From: Bdellovibrionales bacterium
GTDB lineage: Bacteria > Bdellovibrionota > Bdellovibrionia > Bdellovibrionales > UBA1609
Direction: 5' to 3'
Length of the DNA: 64,000 nt
NCBI GenBank assembly: GCA_050249195.1
Contig: JBFWQY010000021.1
Location: forward strand, 10,012-74,011
Of the stretch, positions 17,520-26,880 are shown piece by piece. A program made the position numbers and the translations under genes. How positions within the stretch are numbered: position 1 is the stretch's first letter; the number at the start of each line of letters is the position of its first letter. Under the pieces are notes generated by a model, which saw nothing but the letters and a program-made list of their open reading frames with translations, was not told the DNA's origin and did not search any database.

Positions 17520-19139
17520 TCACTCCTGAGAGGATTCTCTCGTCTCTGATGCCTTCTTATCGGCGTGCGCCGGTGTCGCCTCAAGTGTGGAGCTTGGGCT
17601 ATAGGTCAGCTCGCCGAGGTCGAGCTGATTCAGCTCATTCAGATCCCATTCCTTATATTCCGGCCGGGCCAAAACAGTGAAATGCCATTCCCCAAGCGGG
17701 ATTAAACGCGCGGATTCAAGAAGGAACTGCATCGCTTTACGACAGGCCCTACGTCGAGTTCCCGTGCTGCGTGCGCGCGCCACCTCGTCCAAGAGGCGTT
17801 CGTATTCAGGTTCTTCAAAACGAATGAAATTTTCCGGATTATTTTTTTTGAATGTTTCCAGCGCGGCCAGGCAGGTCGGCCGGTCCATGCCCACACCTTT
17901 GCGGAAAATCGGTGGCGGATGGGTGCGGAGGTGGCGGACGTACATCGTTTGCTCCTCACTTTGCAGCTCAATATTCAACCCCAGATGTTTCTTCCATTGG
18001 GCTTGGAAAAATTCGGCGGCACGGAAAATGTCATCGCCTCCCATGCGGCTATAGTAAAATTTGATCCGCGGTGGTGGCGGGGCGCGCTTGAGAAAGGTTC
18101 GGGCTTCCTGGGGTTTAAATTCCAAACATACGGGCTTATCAAGAAGACGCGAAGGGAAGCTTGGGCATCCCGGGCGGGTGCCGGTGTCAAAGACCTTCAG
18201 GAAATCCTCGTAGCGTACGGCTCGAACCAGGGCTTCGCGCAGATTATGATCCTTGAAGTCGGGTCCGAAACCAATGTAATCGAAGCGGGCCATCGGAAAC
18301 TGATGAAATTCCGGACGCCCTCGGAAGCGAGGAATCTCACTTGCGACCAGACGTCGCAAAAAATCCAGCTTTCGGGCCTCAAAGAGGCGCAGTGCTGTCG
18401 TGTCTTCATCGATAAAGTACGCTTGCGCTTTGGGCGCCGGGCTCGAACTCCGGCGCGGGTAGTGGGGATTGGGCTCCAGCCGCACCCAGGCCCCTTGCTT
18501 CCATTCCTTGATTTTATAAGGCCCGCTCGCGATCAATTGTGACGCCTGGGCGCGCTCCACGAAACCCGAGGGAGGGAGAGGGGAAAGGGCCGGGTGAATC
18601 AATTTGTATTCAAATTCAGGGTCGTCTTCAGCAAACTCGAAAATCAATGTTCGCGCATCTGGAGCCCGGACCCCGAGGTGGACGGGCTCAAGTTCGCCCT
18701 TCCATATGGTACGCGCGTTCTTCAGCGTGAACAGGGCAAAGCTCTGCGGGCTTGCCTCCTTAGGGTCAATCAGGCGTCTTAAGGCCGCGACATAATCCTG
18801 CGCCCGAATCGCCTGGCCATCGCTCCATTTATGCTCGGGACGTAACGTGCATTTCAAGCGTTCAAGACGGCGGGCGGTTTTAGGCAAGCGCACACAGGTC
18901 TTGGCGCCCTCGGGCACCAGACCGTCGCGACTGTGATAACGGTACAGGCCTCGGTATAGATTTTGTAAAAGATAATTTCCTCCCGATCCGGTCAAGGCCT
19001 GGGGATCCATAATCAAGGGTTCGGCGAGGAGGTGAAACTGAAAGACGGGCCCAGATTCACTGGCTCGCCCAATCAGTGAGAGGAGCGCGAGCAAAAAAAA
19101 TAGAGATAAAGCAAAGAAGCGGGGGGCTGAAAATGGCAT
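17520..19139 (-). CDS. ABC transporter substrate-binding protein, family 5 (peptide/nickel type)
   Basis: 539 aa with a signal peptide. The N-terminal pattern FHLLAEPLIMDPQALTGSGGNYLLQNLYRGLYRY and the size are typical of SBP_bac_5. Confidence 0.75.
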   Translation of the reverse strand: MPFSAPRFFALSLFFLLALLSLIGRASESGPVFQFHLLAEPLIMDPQALTGSGGNYLLQNLYRGLYRYHSRDGLVPEGAKTCVRLPKTARRLERLKCTLRPEHKWSDGQAIRAQDYVAALRRLIDPKEASPQSFALFTLKNARTIWKGELEPVHLGVRAPDARTLIFEFAEDDPEFEYKLIHPALSPLPPSGFVERAQASQLIASGPYKIKEWKQGAWVRLEPNPHYPRRSSSPAPKAQAYFIDEDTTALRLFEARKLDFLRRLVASEIPRFRGRPEFHQFPMARFDYIGFGPDFKDHNLREALVRAVRYEDFLKVFDTGTRPGCPSFPSRLLDKPVCLEFKPQEARTFLKRAPPPPRIKFYYSRMGGDDIFRAAEFFQAQWKKHLGLNIELQSEEQTMYVRHLRTHPPPIFRKGVGMDRPTCLAALETFKKNNPENFIRFEEPEYERLLDEVARARSTGTRRRACRKAMQFLLESARLIPLGEWHFTVLARPEYKEWDLNELNQLDLGELTYSPSSTLEATPAHADKKASETRESSQE

Positions 19140-19265
19140 AGATTCGGCAGTTTGAAGGAGGCTGGAGCCTGAGTCAATTGTTTCAAAATGAGACCGAGCC
19201 TCACTCCCAGACTCTCAAGTTTGTCCAGACTCAAGTCGATACGGAAGAAATAAGATCTTCGTAGG

Positions 19266-19850
19266 ATGGCTATGCATTCGTTAAATGTCAGAAAAACGAT
19301 CACGTTCGTGGTTATCATGGTGATTTCCGTGGCGGTGATGACACCGTTTACAAACTGCGGAAAGTACGCCGATCCCATGACCTTTTCGTCCAGTAGTCAG
19401 ATCACCGAATGTGATGAGGACTGCATTCAACCCACCACCGCGAATTTGAGCGTCAAAGCCCATCTCAAAGACAGTTCGAATGAGTTCAAAGTGACGGCCG
19501 ATCTGATCGAATGGAATCTGGGGGGAGACTGTAACGAGGGCGGATTTCCTCATAACACGATCCGATGGGAGCTGATGCTCAACGGCGTCAAGGTGCGCGA
19601 TTCTGGAATGTTGGGGATAGCCGGAAACCAATCCGCGCACAGCCGCTGCGTGAACGGACGTTTTCTTCTTTATATCAACATGGCTGCGATTAATGAAGAT
19701 AATGTGGACCGCACCGGATTGGCCACTGGGGCGGGCGCGAGAGCTTCATATGATCTTTATATCGAAATCTTTGGCCAAGAACGCGCGAGCGGCCAGGGAC
19801 ACCGGAATTCATCAAAAGGGCGCACGCGGGTGACGTTAATTCCGATTTGA
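19266..19850 (+). CDS. Hypothetical lipoprotein
   Basis: Hydrophobic N-terminus ITFVVIMVISVAVMTPFTNCGKY, with several Cys. No family recognised. Confidence 0.45.
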   Translation: MAMHSLNVRKTITFVVIMVISVAVMTPFTNCGKYADPMTFSSSSQITECDEDCIQPTTANLSVKAHLKDSSNEFKVTADLIEWNLGGDCNEGGFPHNTIRWELMLNGVKVRDSGMLGIAGNQSAHSRCVNGRFLLYINMAAINEDNVDRTGLATGAGARASYDLYIEIFGQERASGQGHRNSSKGRTRVTLIPI

Positions 19851-20912
19851 AGCCGCGAGAGATTCGTCGTAAATTTTCTGAAAGCGCGGAAGCGCTTCTA
19901 CATTTAAATCTGGAAAACGAAATCTATTTAGTGGAAAACGGCGCAAGGCTTGTGGCTTTTGTAGAGGTGCGATTGAACTGAGATGACCTAGACTGGCGTG
20001 AACCACGCCGGCCCCGAGGCGTTTGTGCACGCCCAGGGCATGCTCGGAGGAGATCAACGCGTTGATCAATTCGCGCGCGAGTTCGGGACGAACTGATTTC
20101 TCGCCAACCGCGAGTAGACCCACTTCGATTGTGCCTCCATCTTCCGGCAGCCAGAACTGGTAAGGAGAGTTTTCTCCCACCAGACGCGCCACTCGGGATA
20201 ACGGCAATTGAATGAAATCGGATTTGGCGATCAGCGCTTCCGCAGAGAGATGCGGACTTTGGGGTTTGAGAATCTGCGACGCCGTTTTGACAAAGGCGCG
20301 AACCTTTTCTTCGAGGCTCTTCACCTCTTCTTGTTGCAGGCCCTCCTCGATTTTCAAACCGAATAGGTTCAACACGTCAAGGACTTGGAGTTCTTCACCC
20401 CATAGAGACACTCGTTTGGAGTCCCATGTCTGTTTCCACGAGGTTAGCTTCTGGGCATTTTCCCCTTTCCCAAAAAATCCGTAGAGGTTCCAGAACAGGG
20501 GCACGGAGTATTCCAGCTCCGGATCAAAGGGTAAATGGAGAAAATCCACCGAAAGAAGTTCCAGATTGCGGAGTGCGGAATAGTCCGTCTTTTTAATCCA
20601 GTGGCTTTGAATCAAACCCTTGAGCAGTAGAGAGCTGGTGCACACCACATCCACACTGCCATCGGAGTTGGCCATTTGTTGAAGAAGCTCGCTAGGACGT
20701 GAATACGTCCATAACTGAATGGGAACGCCCGTGCGCGCCGAAAACGCGCGCAAGGCCCCTTCGTCGAGCCAGTTTTGCGCGCAAAGCACACGCAATGGCG
20801 CGGCTCCGCTTAAGACTGGTTTGGGGTGCATTCGTGAGAAGATTCCCCAACCTAAACCAATAAGGAAACATCCGACGACGACACTCGCAAGAAACTTCGG
20901 GTTTGATTTCAC
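19836..20912 (-). CDS. Periplasmic solute-binding protein, PotD/PotF (polyamine) like
   Basis: LRVLCAQNWLDEGALRAFSARTGVPIQLWTYSRPSELLQQM...VDVVCTSS...PFDPELEYSVPLFWNLYG parallels the PotD N-terminal lobe (recalled alignment). Confidence 0.65.
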   Translation of the reverse strand: MKSNPKFLASVVVGCFLIGLGWGIFSRMHPKPVLSGAAPLRVLCAQNWLDEGALRAFSARTGVPIQLWTYSRPSELLQQMANSDGSVDVVCTSSLLLKGLIQSHWIKKTDYSALRNLELLSVDFLHLPFDPELEYSVPLFWNLYGFFGKGENAQKLTSWKQTWDSKRVSLWGEELQVLDVLNLFGLKIEEGLQQEEVKSLEEKVRAFVKTASQILKPQSPHLSAEALIAKSDFIQLPLSRVARLVGENSPYQFWLPEDGGTIEVGLLAVGEKSVRPELARELINALISSEHALGVHKRLGAGVVHASLGHLSSIAPLQKPQALRRFPLNRFRFPDLNVEALPRFQKIYDESLAASNRN

Positions 20913-20922
20913 AGCTTCAATG

Positions 20923-22026
20923 TTAGAAGGTCAGTTCCTCGGGGTCAAAGGTCACGTTGATAGCTGCACCTTGGGGCGGGACGTAGACCCCCTGGAAGAC
21001 GATGCTGTTGGCGTCAGCATTGTAATACCAACCGCCATCGCCTGCGGGATTGGCCGAAACCTGTGGATACTCGACACTATCCACGTACACATGAATGGTG
21101 GACGGAATGGGTTTTTTGTTGCCGAGGTAGAACTGAGTGGAAAGTTCCACAATGGAGTCTGAAATCAGCTTCAGTTCATCCGCAAAGTCACCGCAAATAT
21201 TGCCCTTTATTCCGCCCGTAGCTTCCGCCAGCTGCATGACCCGTGTGCCGATCTTCTGAGCGCCGTTGTAAATGGAATCCAGACAGTCCTGGTCGGGGAC
21301 TGAGATTGTGTTTACAGTGTAGCGACGCTCCTTCCCAGAGGATCCTGTGAGCTCGTCCAGGAACGAAACATAAGATTCTATGGTATGTAAAGGCCGATCA
21401 TAACGTTCATACATCGCAGTGCCATCATGAGAAAAATCATCTTCATCCGTCAAAATAATCACCGCCAAGAAACCGCCCGGTCGAACAAAGGAGCTGTTTG
21501 CCGGAAGCTCCAGTGCTGTGCGCATGCTCTGCAAGCTGCGTTCGTCCCCGCGCCCCAGTACGCCTTGAGATACGTTTTGGATAAACTTATTGTGTAAATC
21601 CGGTGTCGAGGATGTGAGGATGGGAAAGCCGGAAGGGTCGTCGAGCGTCCCATCTTTGAACTGGGCGACCCACTCCTGCGGCTGGCCTTGGTAGTAAGTG
21701 GGGGTCGGGGTTAGGTTGTAGTAGGAGGTCCAGGTGGGCAGTGCCAAATAGGCGTCCGTTGTGGTGACAGCCATTTGGAAATCGAGTCTCTTTTCCGTGA
21801 ATTTTTCGATAAAGGCAGGGAAGTTGGCTGCAAGATTGTCTTGTGAGGTCTGCATGGATCCCGAGATATCCACAACCCAGAGAACGTCGATCTTGGAATT
21901 CTGTTCTCCCGTGTTTTGTCGAAAGGAGTTTCCATCTGCCAGCAGCGAGTAAGACGTCGACCCATTTCCACAGGCGCTAAGTATCCACGTGAGACCCACC
22001 AGCGCGGCAATTCTGAGTGCCTTCAT
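20923..22026 (-). CDS. von Willebrand factor A domain lipoprotein
   Basis: ATG at 22026 is preceded by AAGGAGGAG. Lipobox LSAC in MKALRIAALVGLTWILSACG. MIDAS motif in IDVLWVVDISGSMQTS (DxSxS). Confidence 0.75.
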   Translation of the reverse strand: MKALRIAALVGLTWILSACGNGSTSYSLLADGNSFRQNTGEQNSKIDVLWVVDISGSMQTSQDNLAANFPAFIEKFTEKRLDFQMAVTTTDAYLALPTWTSYYNLTPTPTYYQGQPQEWVAQFKDGTLDDPSGFPILTSSTPDLHNKFIQNVSQGVLGRGDERSLQSMRTALELPANSSFVRPGGFLAVIILTDEDDFSHDGTAMYERYDRPLHTIESYVSFLDELTGSSGKERRYTVNTISVPDQDCLDSIYNGAQKIGTRVMQLAEATGGIKGNICGDFADELKLISDSIVELSTQFYLGNKKPIPSTIHVYVDSVEYPQVSANPAGDGGWYYNADANSIVFQGVYVPPQGAAINVTFDPEELTF

Positions 22027-22316
22027 AAGCTCCTCCTTGACCCAAGGGCTTATCGACAAAGGTCACGTGAACTTGATCACGCCCTAAAATAGAAGGGGCT
22101 GAGACACTGGATTCTCACAACTTATGAAAAACTGTCGGTGGTGTAGACGACGTGTGTGAGTGTCTCATTTACTGGTCAATCGTCCAGTTTGGCCGATTTG
22201 CCGCACTGGTCCTGATTCTGAGTTGTTCACGTTGTCGTGAAATTTTTTCTTGTTTTTCGTCAAAAAAATATACACGATTTGATGTGTGGGGGGGCGATGG
22301 AAGGCAGGAAACCTAG

Positions 22317-22805
22317 TTGAAGCACGGACGCTTCACATCGCCTTTTTTAATCGGTGGCCTGGTCTTAATTTTGGACTGTCTGCTGGGTTGCCAGGCTCCT
22401 GTCGCGCGAGCCACGTCCGCTTCTGGAAAACCCACTCTCACGACAGATGATCCGCAAACAGTGGCCTTACAAGCGCGGGTGAAATATGCACCCCGACCCG
22501 CATCTCAATTTGAATCTTCCGTGGTACTGAGTCCTCATGTGAAGGAATGTCTGCGCGAAGGGCTTCGCGCTTCACCGGGAAATTTCTTTGCCCAAATAGA
22601 AGGGCGATTGGGAGCAGCGGGAGCCTTTGAAGCCATCCGCGTGGAAACTCCCGTGCCTGGCCTCGAGTCTTGCTTACAGCGGGCCTTTCCTCAGGTGGAA
22701 CTGGGCGTGGGGCCCTCGGGTCCGTTCAAATTGGAGATTCTGCGGGGCTCGGGAAAACGTAAGAATCTCCTCTTAGATCTTCAGCCCACGAAAAAATTCC
22801 AGTAA
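22317..22805 (+). CDS. Hypothetical lipoprotein
   Basis: TTG start. FLIGGLVLILDCLLGCQAP is lipobox-like. No family recognised. Confidence 0.4.
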   Translation: MKHGRFTSPFLIGGLVLILDCLLGCQAPVARATSASGKPTLTTDDPQTVALQARVKYAPRPASQFESSVVLSPHVKECLREGLRASPGNFFAQIEGRLGAAGAFEAIRVETPVPGLESCLQRAFPQVELGVGPSGPFKLEILRGSGKRKNLLLDLQPTKKFQ

Positions 22806-22876
22806 TTCTCGAGCTTAAATCTTGACCTCCTGAGCCGGAGGTTTTAACTCTTACGGACTCTGCAAAAGGTAGGTTT

Positions 22877-23182
22877 ATGGCCAAATTGAGTTCCATTCAT
22901 AAGAACGATCGACGTCGCGAGATGGCTGAGAAGTACGGCCGTTACCGCGCGGAGCTTCGCAAAAAAGCCAACAATCCCCATCTTTCGGACGAAGAGCGAG
23001 CCGCATCCCGTCTGAAATTGGAAAAGCTGCCGCGAGATACCTCTCCGACCCGTGTCATCACTCGCTGCTATTTGACGGGCCGTCCGCGTGGAAACTATCG
23101 GAAGTTTGGTCTTTCTCGTATGGCTTTCCGCCAATTGGCACATCGAGGGCTGCTTCCTGGGGTAACCAAGGCCAGCTGGTAG
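22877..23182 (+). CDS. rpsN: 30S ribosomal protein S14 (long, non-zinc form)
   Basis: 101 aa. [20 protein letters not shown]...[39 protein letters not shown] is the canonical S14 C-terminus, with no CxxC pairs. Confidence 0.9.
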   Translation: MAKLSSIHKNDRRREMAEKYGRYRAELRKKANNPHLSDEERAASRLKLEKLPRDTSPTRVITRCYLTGRPRGNYRKFGLSRMAFRQLAHRGLLPGVTKASW

Positions 23183-23288
23183 ATCTTCTGTGCTCCTGAC
23201 TCTGCGCTATTGTCCCCCCACCCCGCGCGTCCCACCGGGACCCGCGACAAATTTTAAATTGAATTCCATATCTTAGGAAGAAGCCATC

Positions 23289-24707
23289 ATGAACTTGATT
23301 CGTGGGTTTGGGGTTTTGTTCTTCATTTCTTCTCTGTCGGGCGGCTGCGTCTCCACCTCAAAACAGATCGCTGAGTTGGAAAAAGCCCTTACGGAGGGCG
23401 GATCTGAGCGACTTGAGCGGCTGTGCCAGGATCAAGTGGGAGGAGCCTGTGCCCTTCTAGGAAAACCCGCCGAAGTTCGCTCGCCCATGCCCATTCTCCA
23501 AAGTGTGACCTCCGCCCACCAGGCCCGGTTTGTGGTTGTGGCGCCTAAAACCCATGAGCTGGCCTACTTTGTTATGGGCGGCGAGCGGCCCGTTCGGCTT
23601 CAAAGAGAGCGGTTTAAGCGCGCCTCGTCTCCTTCGGCAGTCGATCAGGCGGAGGCTTATGATCTTACTGTCGGCCGGGAGTATCAGTTGCTCGTGATCG
23701 GACCTGAAGGCGAGTTATGGGACAGGCGCCGGTTTCGCGCCTTGAATCGAGACTCCAAACGCGCACGAATTGCGGTTATGAGCTGCATGAACGACTCCTA
23801 TCGTAAAGTTCAAGCGGTTATGTGGGCGGAGCTATCTAAACAAAAACCTGATGCCGCGCTTATGATCGGCGACAATGTTTATGCGGACTTTCTTGGTGAA
23901 CGACGGTGGCAGGCGGCGGATTCAGATCAGCTATGGAAACGCTATGTGGAAACTCGAGAGGCCGTCGATTTCTTTCGTGCGGACCCTCTGATCCCTGTGC
24001 TTGCGATTTGGGATGACCATGACTTTGGTCGCAATGACGCGGACCGCACCTTTCCCTTTAAGAAAGAGTCCACCGAGATTTTTAAAATCTTTTATGCCCA
24101 ACGCAAGCCGGCTCCCGGATTTGAGCCAGGTCCTGGCGTGTCCTCGTGGTGGCAGTCTTTTGGGATCCAGATTGCGCTCTTAGATGATCGAAGTTTTCGG
24201 TCACCCAATGCACTCGACATCCCCGACCAGACTCATTTTGGTGCGGAACAGGAGGAATGGATAAGGTCTCATCTCCAAGCTTCGAAGGAACCTGTTCTTT
24301 TGGTGAGCGGGGATCAATTCTTTGGCGGATATCATCCTTTTGAATCCTATCAAGGAAGCCATCCGAAGAGTTTCGGGATCCGGCTCGGAGAATGGAAAAA
24401 CGCATCTATTCCGCTGATTTTTGTGAGTGGGGATCGGCATCTCGCGGAGATTATCCAGGTTCCCTCGAAGTTCCTTGGCTATCCCACTTATGAAGTGACG
24501 TCGAGTGGAATGCACTCGAGCGTGTTTCCCAATTCTCTTAAGGACTATCCGAACCCCAACCAGCTTGTGGGGGTGGATGGGACACCCAATTTTTCAATTA
24601 TCGAGATTATGGATGCGAGTCCGAATCGTCTTCAGTTCCATGTGAAGGCATTTGGTCCAGAGCGTAAGGTCCTTTATCAGAAAACTTTAACGGTGAAGCA
24701 GAAATGA
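23289..24707 (+). CDS. PhoD-like alkaline phosphatase / metallophosphoesterase lipoprotein
   Basis: Lipobox SGGC. IAVMSCMND, MIGDNVYAD, WDDHDFGRND and SGDRH blocks are typical of PhoD-like phosphatases. Confidence 0.7.
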   Translation: MNLIRGFGVLFFISSLSGGCVSTSKQIAELEKALTEGGSERLERLCQDQVGGACALLGKPAEVRSPMPILQSVTSAHQARFVVVAPKTHELAYFVMGGERPVRLQRERFKRASSPSAVDQAEAYDLTVGREYQLLVIGPEGELWDRRRFRALNRDSKRARIAVMSCMNDSYRKVQAVMWAELSKQKPDAALMIGDNVYADFLGERRWQAADSDQLWKRYVETREAVDFFRADPLIPVLAIWDDHDFGRNDADRTFPFKKESTEIFKIFYAQRKPAPGFEPGPGVSSWWQSFGIQIALLDDRSFRSPNALDIPDQTHFGAEQEEWIRSHLQASKEPVLLVSGDQFFGGYHPFESYQGSHPKSFGIRLGEWKNASIPLIFVSGDRHLAEIIQVPSKFLGYPTYEVTSSGMHSSVFPNSLKDYPNPNQLVGVDGTPNFSIIEIMDASPNRLQFHVKAFGPERKVLYQKTLTVKQK

Positions 24708-25282
24708 TTGAAATCATATCCGGAACGGATCGCCCGCAGAGCAATACGAGAAAGATCGCCTCCTTGCTCGAGGACCTGTATCGCGGGCTTAAGGTGGATA
24801 CACACATTATTGATCTTCACAAAATGGACCTCACGGATTGTGTGGGGGGTGAGTACTATAAAGGCGCCAAAGGAACTTACCGTGAGGCGGTCGAACGCGT
24901 GACGGCGGCCGAAGGTGTGGTGTTTGTCGTGCCTGAATACAATGGTTCGTATCCGGGAGCGCTCAAGCTTTTCATCGACTACTGGAAGTATCCGGAGACC
25001 TTTGAATACCGCCCGATGGCCTTCGTTGGACTGGGAGGACGATGGGGTGGCTTGCGGCCGGTCGAGCACCTGCAACAGGTTGTCGGATATCGCAACGCCT
25101 ATGTGTTTCCGAATCGGGTCTTCATTTCGAACATCAAGGATGTCTTTCGCGACGGGGTGATTATCGATGCGCTGGTGGCGAATCTCTTGCAAATCCAGTC
25201 GCAGGAGTTTTTACGTTTTGTGCGGGGATTGAAGTCGGAGAAGCTCGATGCCAATTCCCGACGTGCGGGATCCCTCAAATGA
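24704..25282 (+). CDS. NAD(P)H-dependent FMN reductase family oxidoreductase
   Basis: MIEIISGTDRPQSNTRKIA and VFVVPEYNGSYPGALKLFIDYW (EYN.S.pg.LKn.iD) motifs. ATGA overlap with the PhoD-like stop. Confidence 0.8.
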   Translation: MIEIISGTDRPQSNTRKIASLLEDLYRGLKVDTHIIDLHKMDLTDCVGGEYYKGAKGTYREAVERVTAAEGVVFVVPEYNGSYPGALKLFIDYWKYPETFEYRPMAFVGLGGRWGGLRPVEHLQQVVGYRNAYVFPNRVFISNIKDVFRDGVIIDALVANLLQIQSQEFLRFVRGLKSEKLDANSRRAGSLK

Positions 25283-25878
25283 AATGCTGGCTCGTGACCG
25301 CTTTTGGGCCATTTGCCGGAGCGCAGAGCAACTCTTCGCAAATCGCGTTGGAAGCACTTCGCCGCAAAGAGTGGAAGGGAAGAGTGGAATTCCACGGCCC
25401 GGTACCCGTGAGCTTTTCAGGCGCCTGGCCGGATGTTTTGTGCGCACTGGAGCAAAAGCCGCATGTGGAAGGTCTGTTGGCTCTGGGGCAAGCCGAGGGG
25501 CGCGAGCGGATCAGCCTGGAGCGCGTGGCCTTGAACTGGAAAGATGCCCGGATTGCGGACAATGCGGGCGCGATTCCGCCACAAGAGCCGGTGGAGCCGG
25601 GAGAAGCGGACGTGCGTTGGTCCTCCGTTCCCTGGGAAAGACTTGAGCCTTCTCCTTACTGGACCCGGTCCTATTCGGCCGGCACGTTCGTCTGTAACAC
25701 CTTGATGTACCAATCTCTGGGGTGGGCACGGGCGCACGGAACAAGGATGGCGGGTTTTGTGCATATCCCTGTCTTAACCAGCCAGAATGAGGCTCAATTT
25801 GAGCGAACGCCCCGCATGTCCGATGACGTCGCTGTCGCGGCCACGGCTCAATTGATTGAGTTTGTGCTCGAGTTATGA
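25279..25878 (+). CDS. pcp: Pyroglutamyl-peptidase I
   Basis: Starts at ATG 25279 (MKCWLVTAFGPFAG...), with GQAEGRERISLERVALN and the catalytic-Cys block AGTFVCNTLMY. ATGA overlap with the upstream stop. The track ORF 25042.. is an out-of-context N-terminal extension. Confidence 0.85.
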   Translation: MKCWLVTAFGPFAGAQSNSSQIALEALRRKEWKGRVEFHGPVPVSFSGAWPDVLCALEQKPHVEGLLALGQAEGRERISLERVALNWKDARIADNAGAIPPQEPVEPGEADVRWSSVPWERLEPSPYWTRSYSAGTFVCNTLMYQSLGWARAHGTRMAGFVHIPVLTSQNEAQFERTPRMSDDVAVAATAQLIEFVLEL

Positions 25879-26303
25879 GCGGCCGGGAGGAGGCGCCAAT
25901 CGCGGCTTTGGCCGTCGTCGCGGCAATCATTGAAAATTCTGATGGACGGATTCTGCTGGTTCAGCGTCCACCGGGGAAGTATCTAGCCGGTCTCTGGGAG
26001 TTTCCTGGTGGAAAGGTCGAAATGGGAGAGTCGGCCGAGACCGCTCTCCACCGGGAACTTAAGGAAGAGCTGGGTCTTGAGGTGGAAATTCAGTCGAGTC
26101 TGGGAGTGTTCCACCATATCTACGACTGGGGACCAATCGCGCTGAACGTCTTCGTGGTGCACGCCAACAATGCGCCACAAATCAGTGATCAGGTTCATGT
26201 TTTTCGCTGGTGTTTACCGCATGAGGTGAGGGTGCAAGACCTCACGCCGGCCGACCATCGACCATTGGCCAGATACCTCTCAACTTGCCTCAACTCACTC
26301 TGA
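25875..26303 (+). CDS. mutT: NUDIX hydrolase, MutT-like 8-oxo-dGTP diphosphatase
   Basis: Nudix box GLWEFPGGKVEMGESAETALHRELKEELGLEV closely parallels E. coli MutT. ATGA overlap with the pcp stop. Confidence 0.75.
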   Translation: MSGREEAPIAALAVVAAIIENSDGRILLVQRPPGKYLAGLWEFPGGKVEMGESAETALHRELKEELGLEVEIQSSLGVFHHIYDWGPIALNVFVVHANNAPQISDQVHVFRWCLPHEVRVQDLTPADHRPLARYLSTCLNSL

Positions 26304-26343
26304 AAAAATCCGATACAGAGAATGCGTTGGGGGAATCCTTAGA

Positions 26344-26880
26344 ATGTCCGTTCGCAAGATTATTGCCGAAAAGCTGATGTGGGAGACTCTGAAGCGCTGG
26401 AAAAAGTCCTCACCTGAACTCGATCGTATTGAGTTTTTACGAACCGTCCCCTTCTTTGGAGAGCTTTCCACTTGGCAGCTAAAACGCGTTGAAGAGGTCG
26501 TGTTTGAGCGCGCTTACGAGCCCAATGAGCTCATTTTTGAACAAGGCCAGCCTGGCGCCGCGCTTTTCCTGATTATGGAGGGGCAGGTCGCCGTTGAGAT
26601 CTATCACGAAAAATTCACGGCTAACCTGGCGACGCTTGAGCGTGGCGCGTTTTTCGGCGAAATGGCACTCCTCGACCAATCTCCACGCTCCGCCTCCGCG
26701 CGCGCAACGGTTAAGACCCGCACGCTGGCCTTATATAGAAATGATTTGATTCACCTCAGTCAGTCGGACCCGGAAACCGCGTGCCAGATTTATCGGGCTC
26801 TGGCCGGAATCATCGGTGATCGTCTTCGCTCCACGAACGAGCTGGTGCAGGAGACAACCGGGGAGAGGGTGGCGGCGTGA
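26344..26880 (+). CDS. Stand-alone cyclic-nucleotide-binding domain protein
   Basis: CNB signature FFGEMALLDQSPRSASARA preceded by the beta-roll region (IFEQGQPGAALFLIMEGQV). Confidence 0.8.
   Translation: MSVRKIIAEKLMWETLKRWKKSSPELDRIEFLRTVPFFGELSTWQLKRVEEVVFERAYEPNELIFEQGQPGAALFLIMEGQVAVEIYHEKFTANLATLERGAFFGEMALLDQSPRSASARATVKTRTLALYRNDLIHLSQSDPETACQIYRALAGIIGDRLRSTNELVQETTGERVAA

Noticed and set aside
22806-22876. Zur/Fur-type operator upstream of the stand-alone rpsN
   Set aside because: No AT-rich palindrome resembling a Zur box is visible. There is only a short GC hairpin (CCTCC..GGAGG) followed by TTTT, which is more likely a weak terminator for the upstream gene.
25042-25278. N-terminal 79-codon extension of the pcp ORF
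   Set aside because: It overlaps the FMN reductase gene in another frame. The canonical Pcp N-terminus (MKCWLVTAFGPF) begins at 25279 with an ATGA junction.
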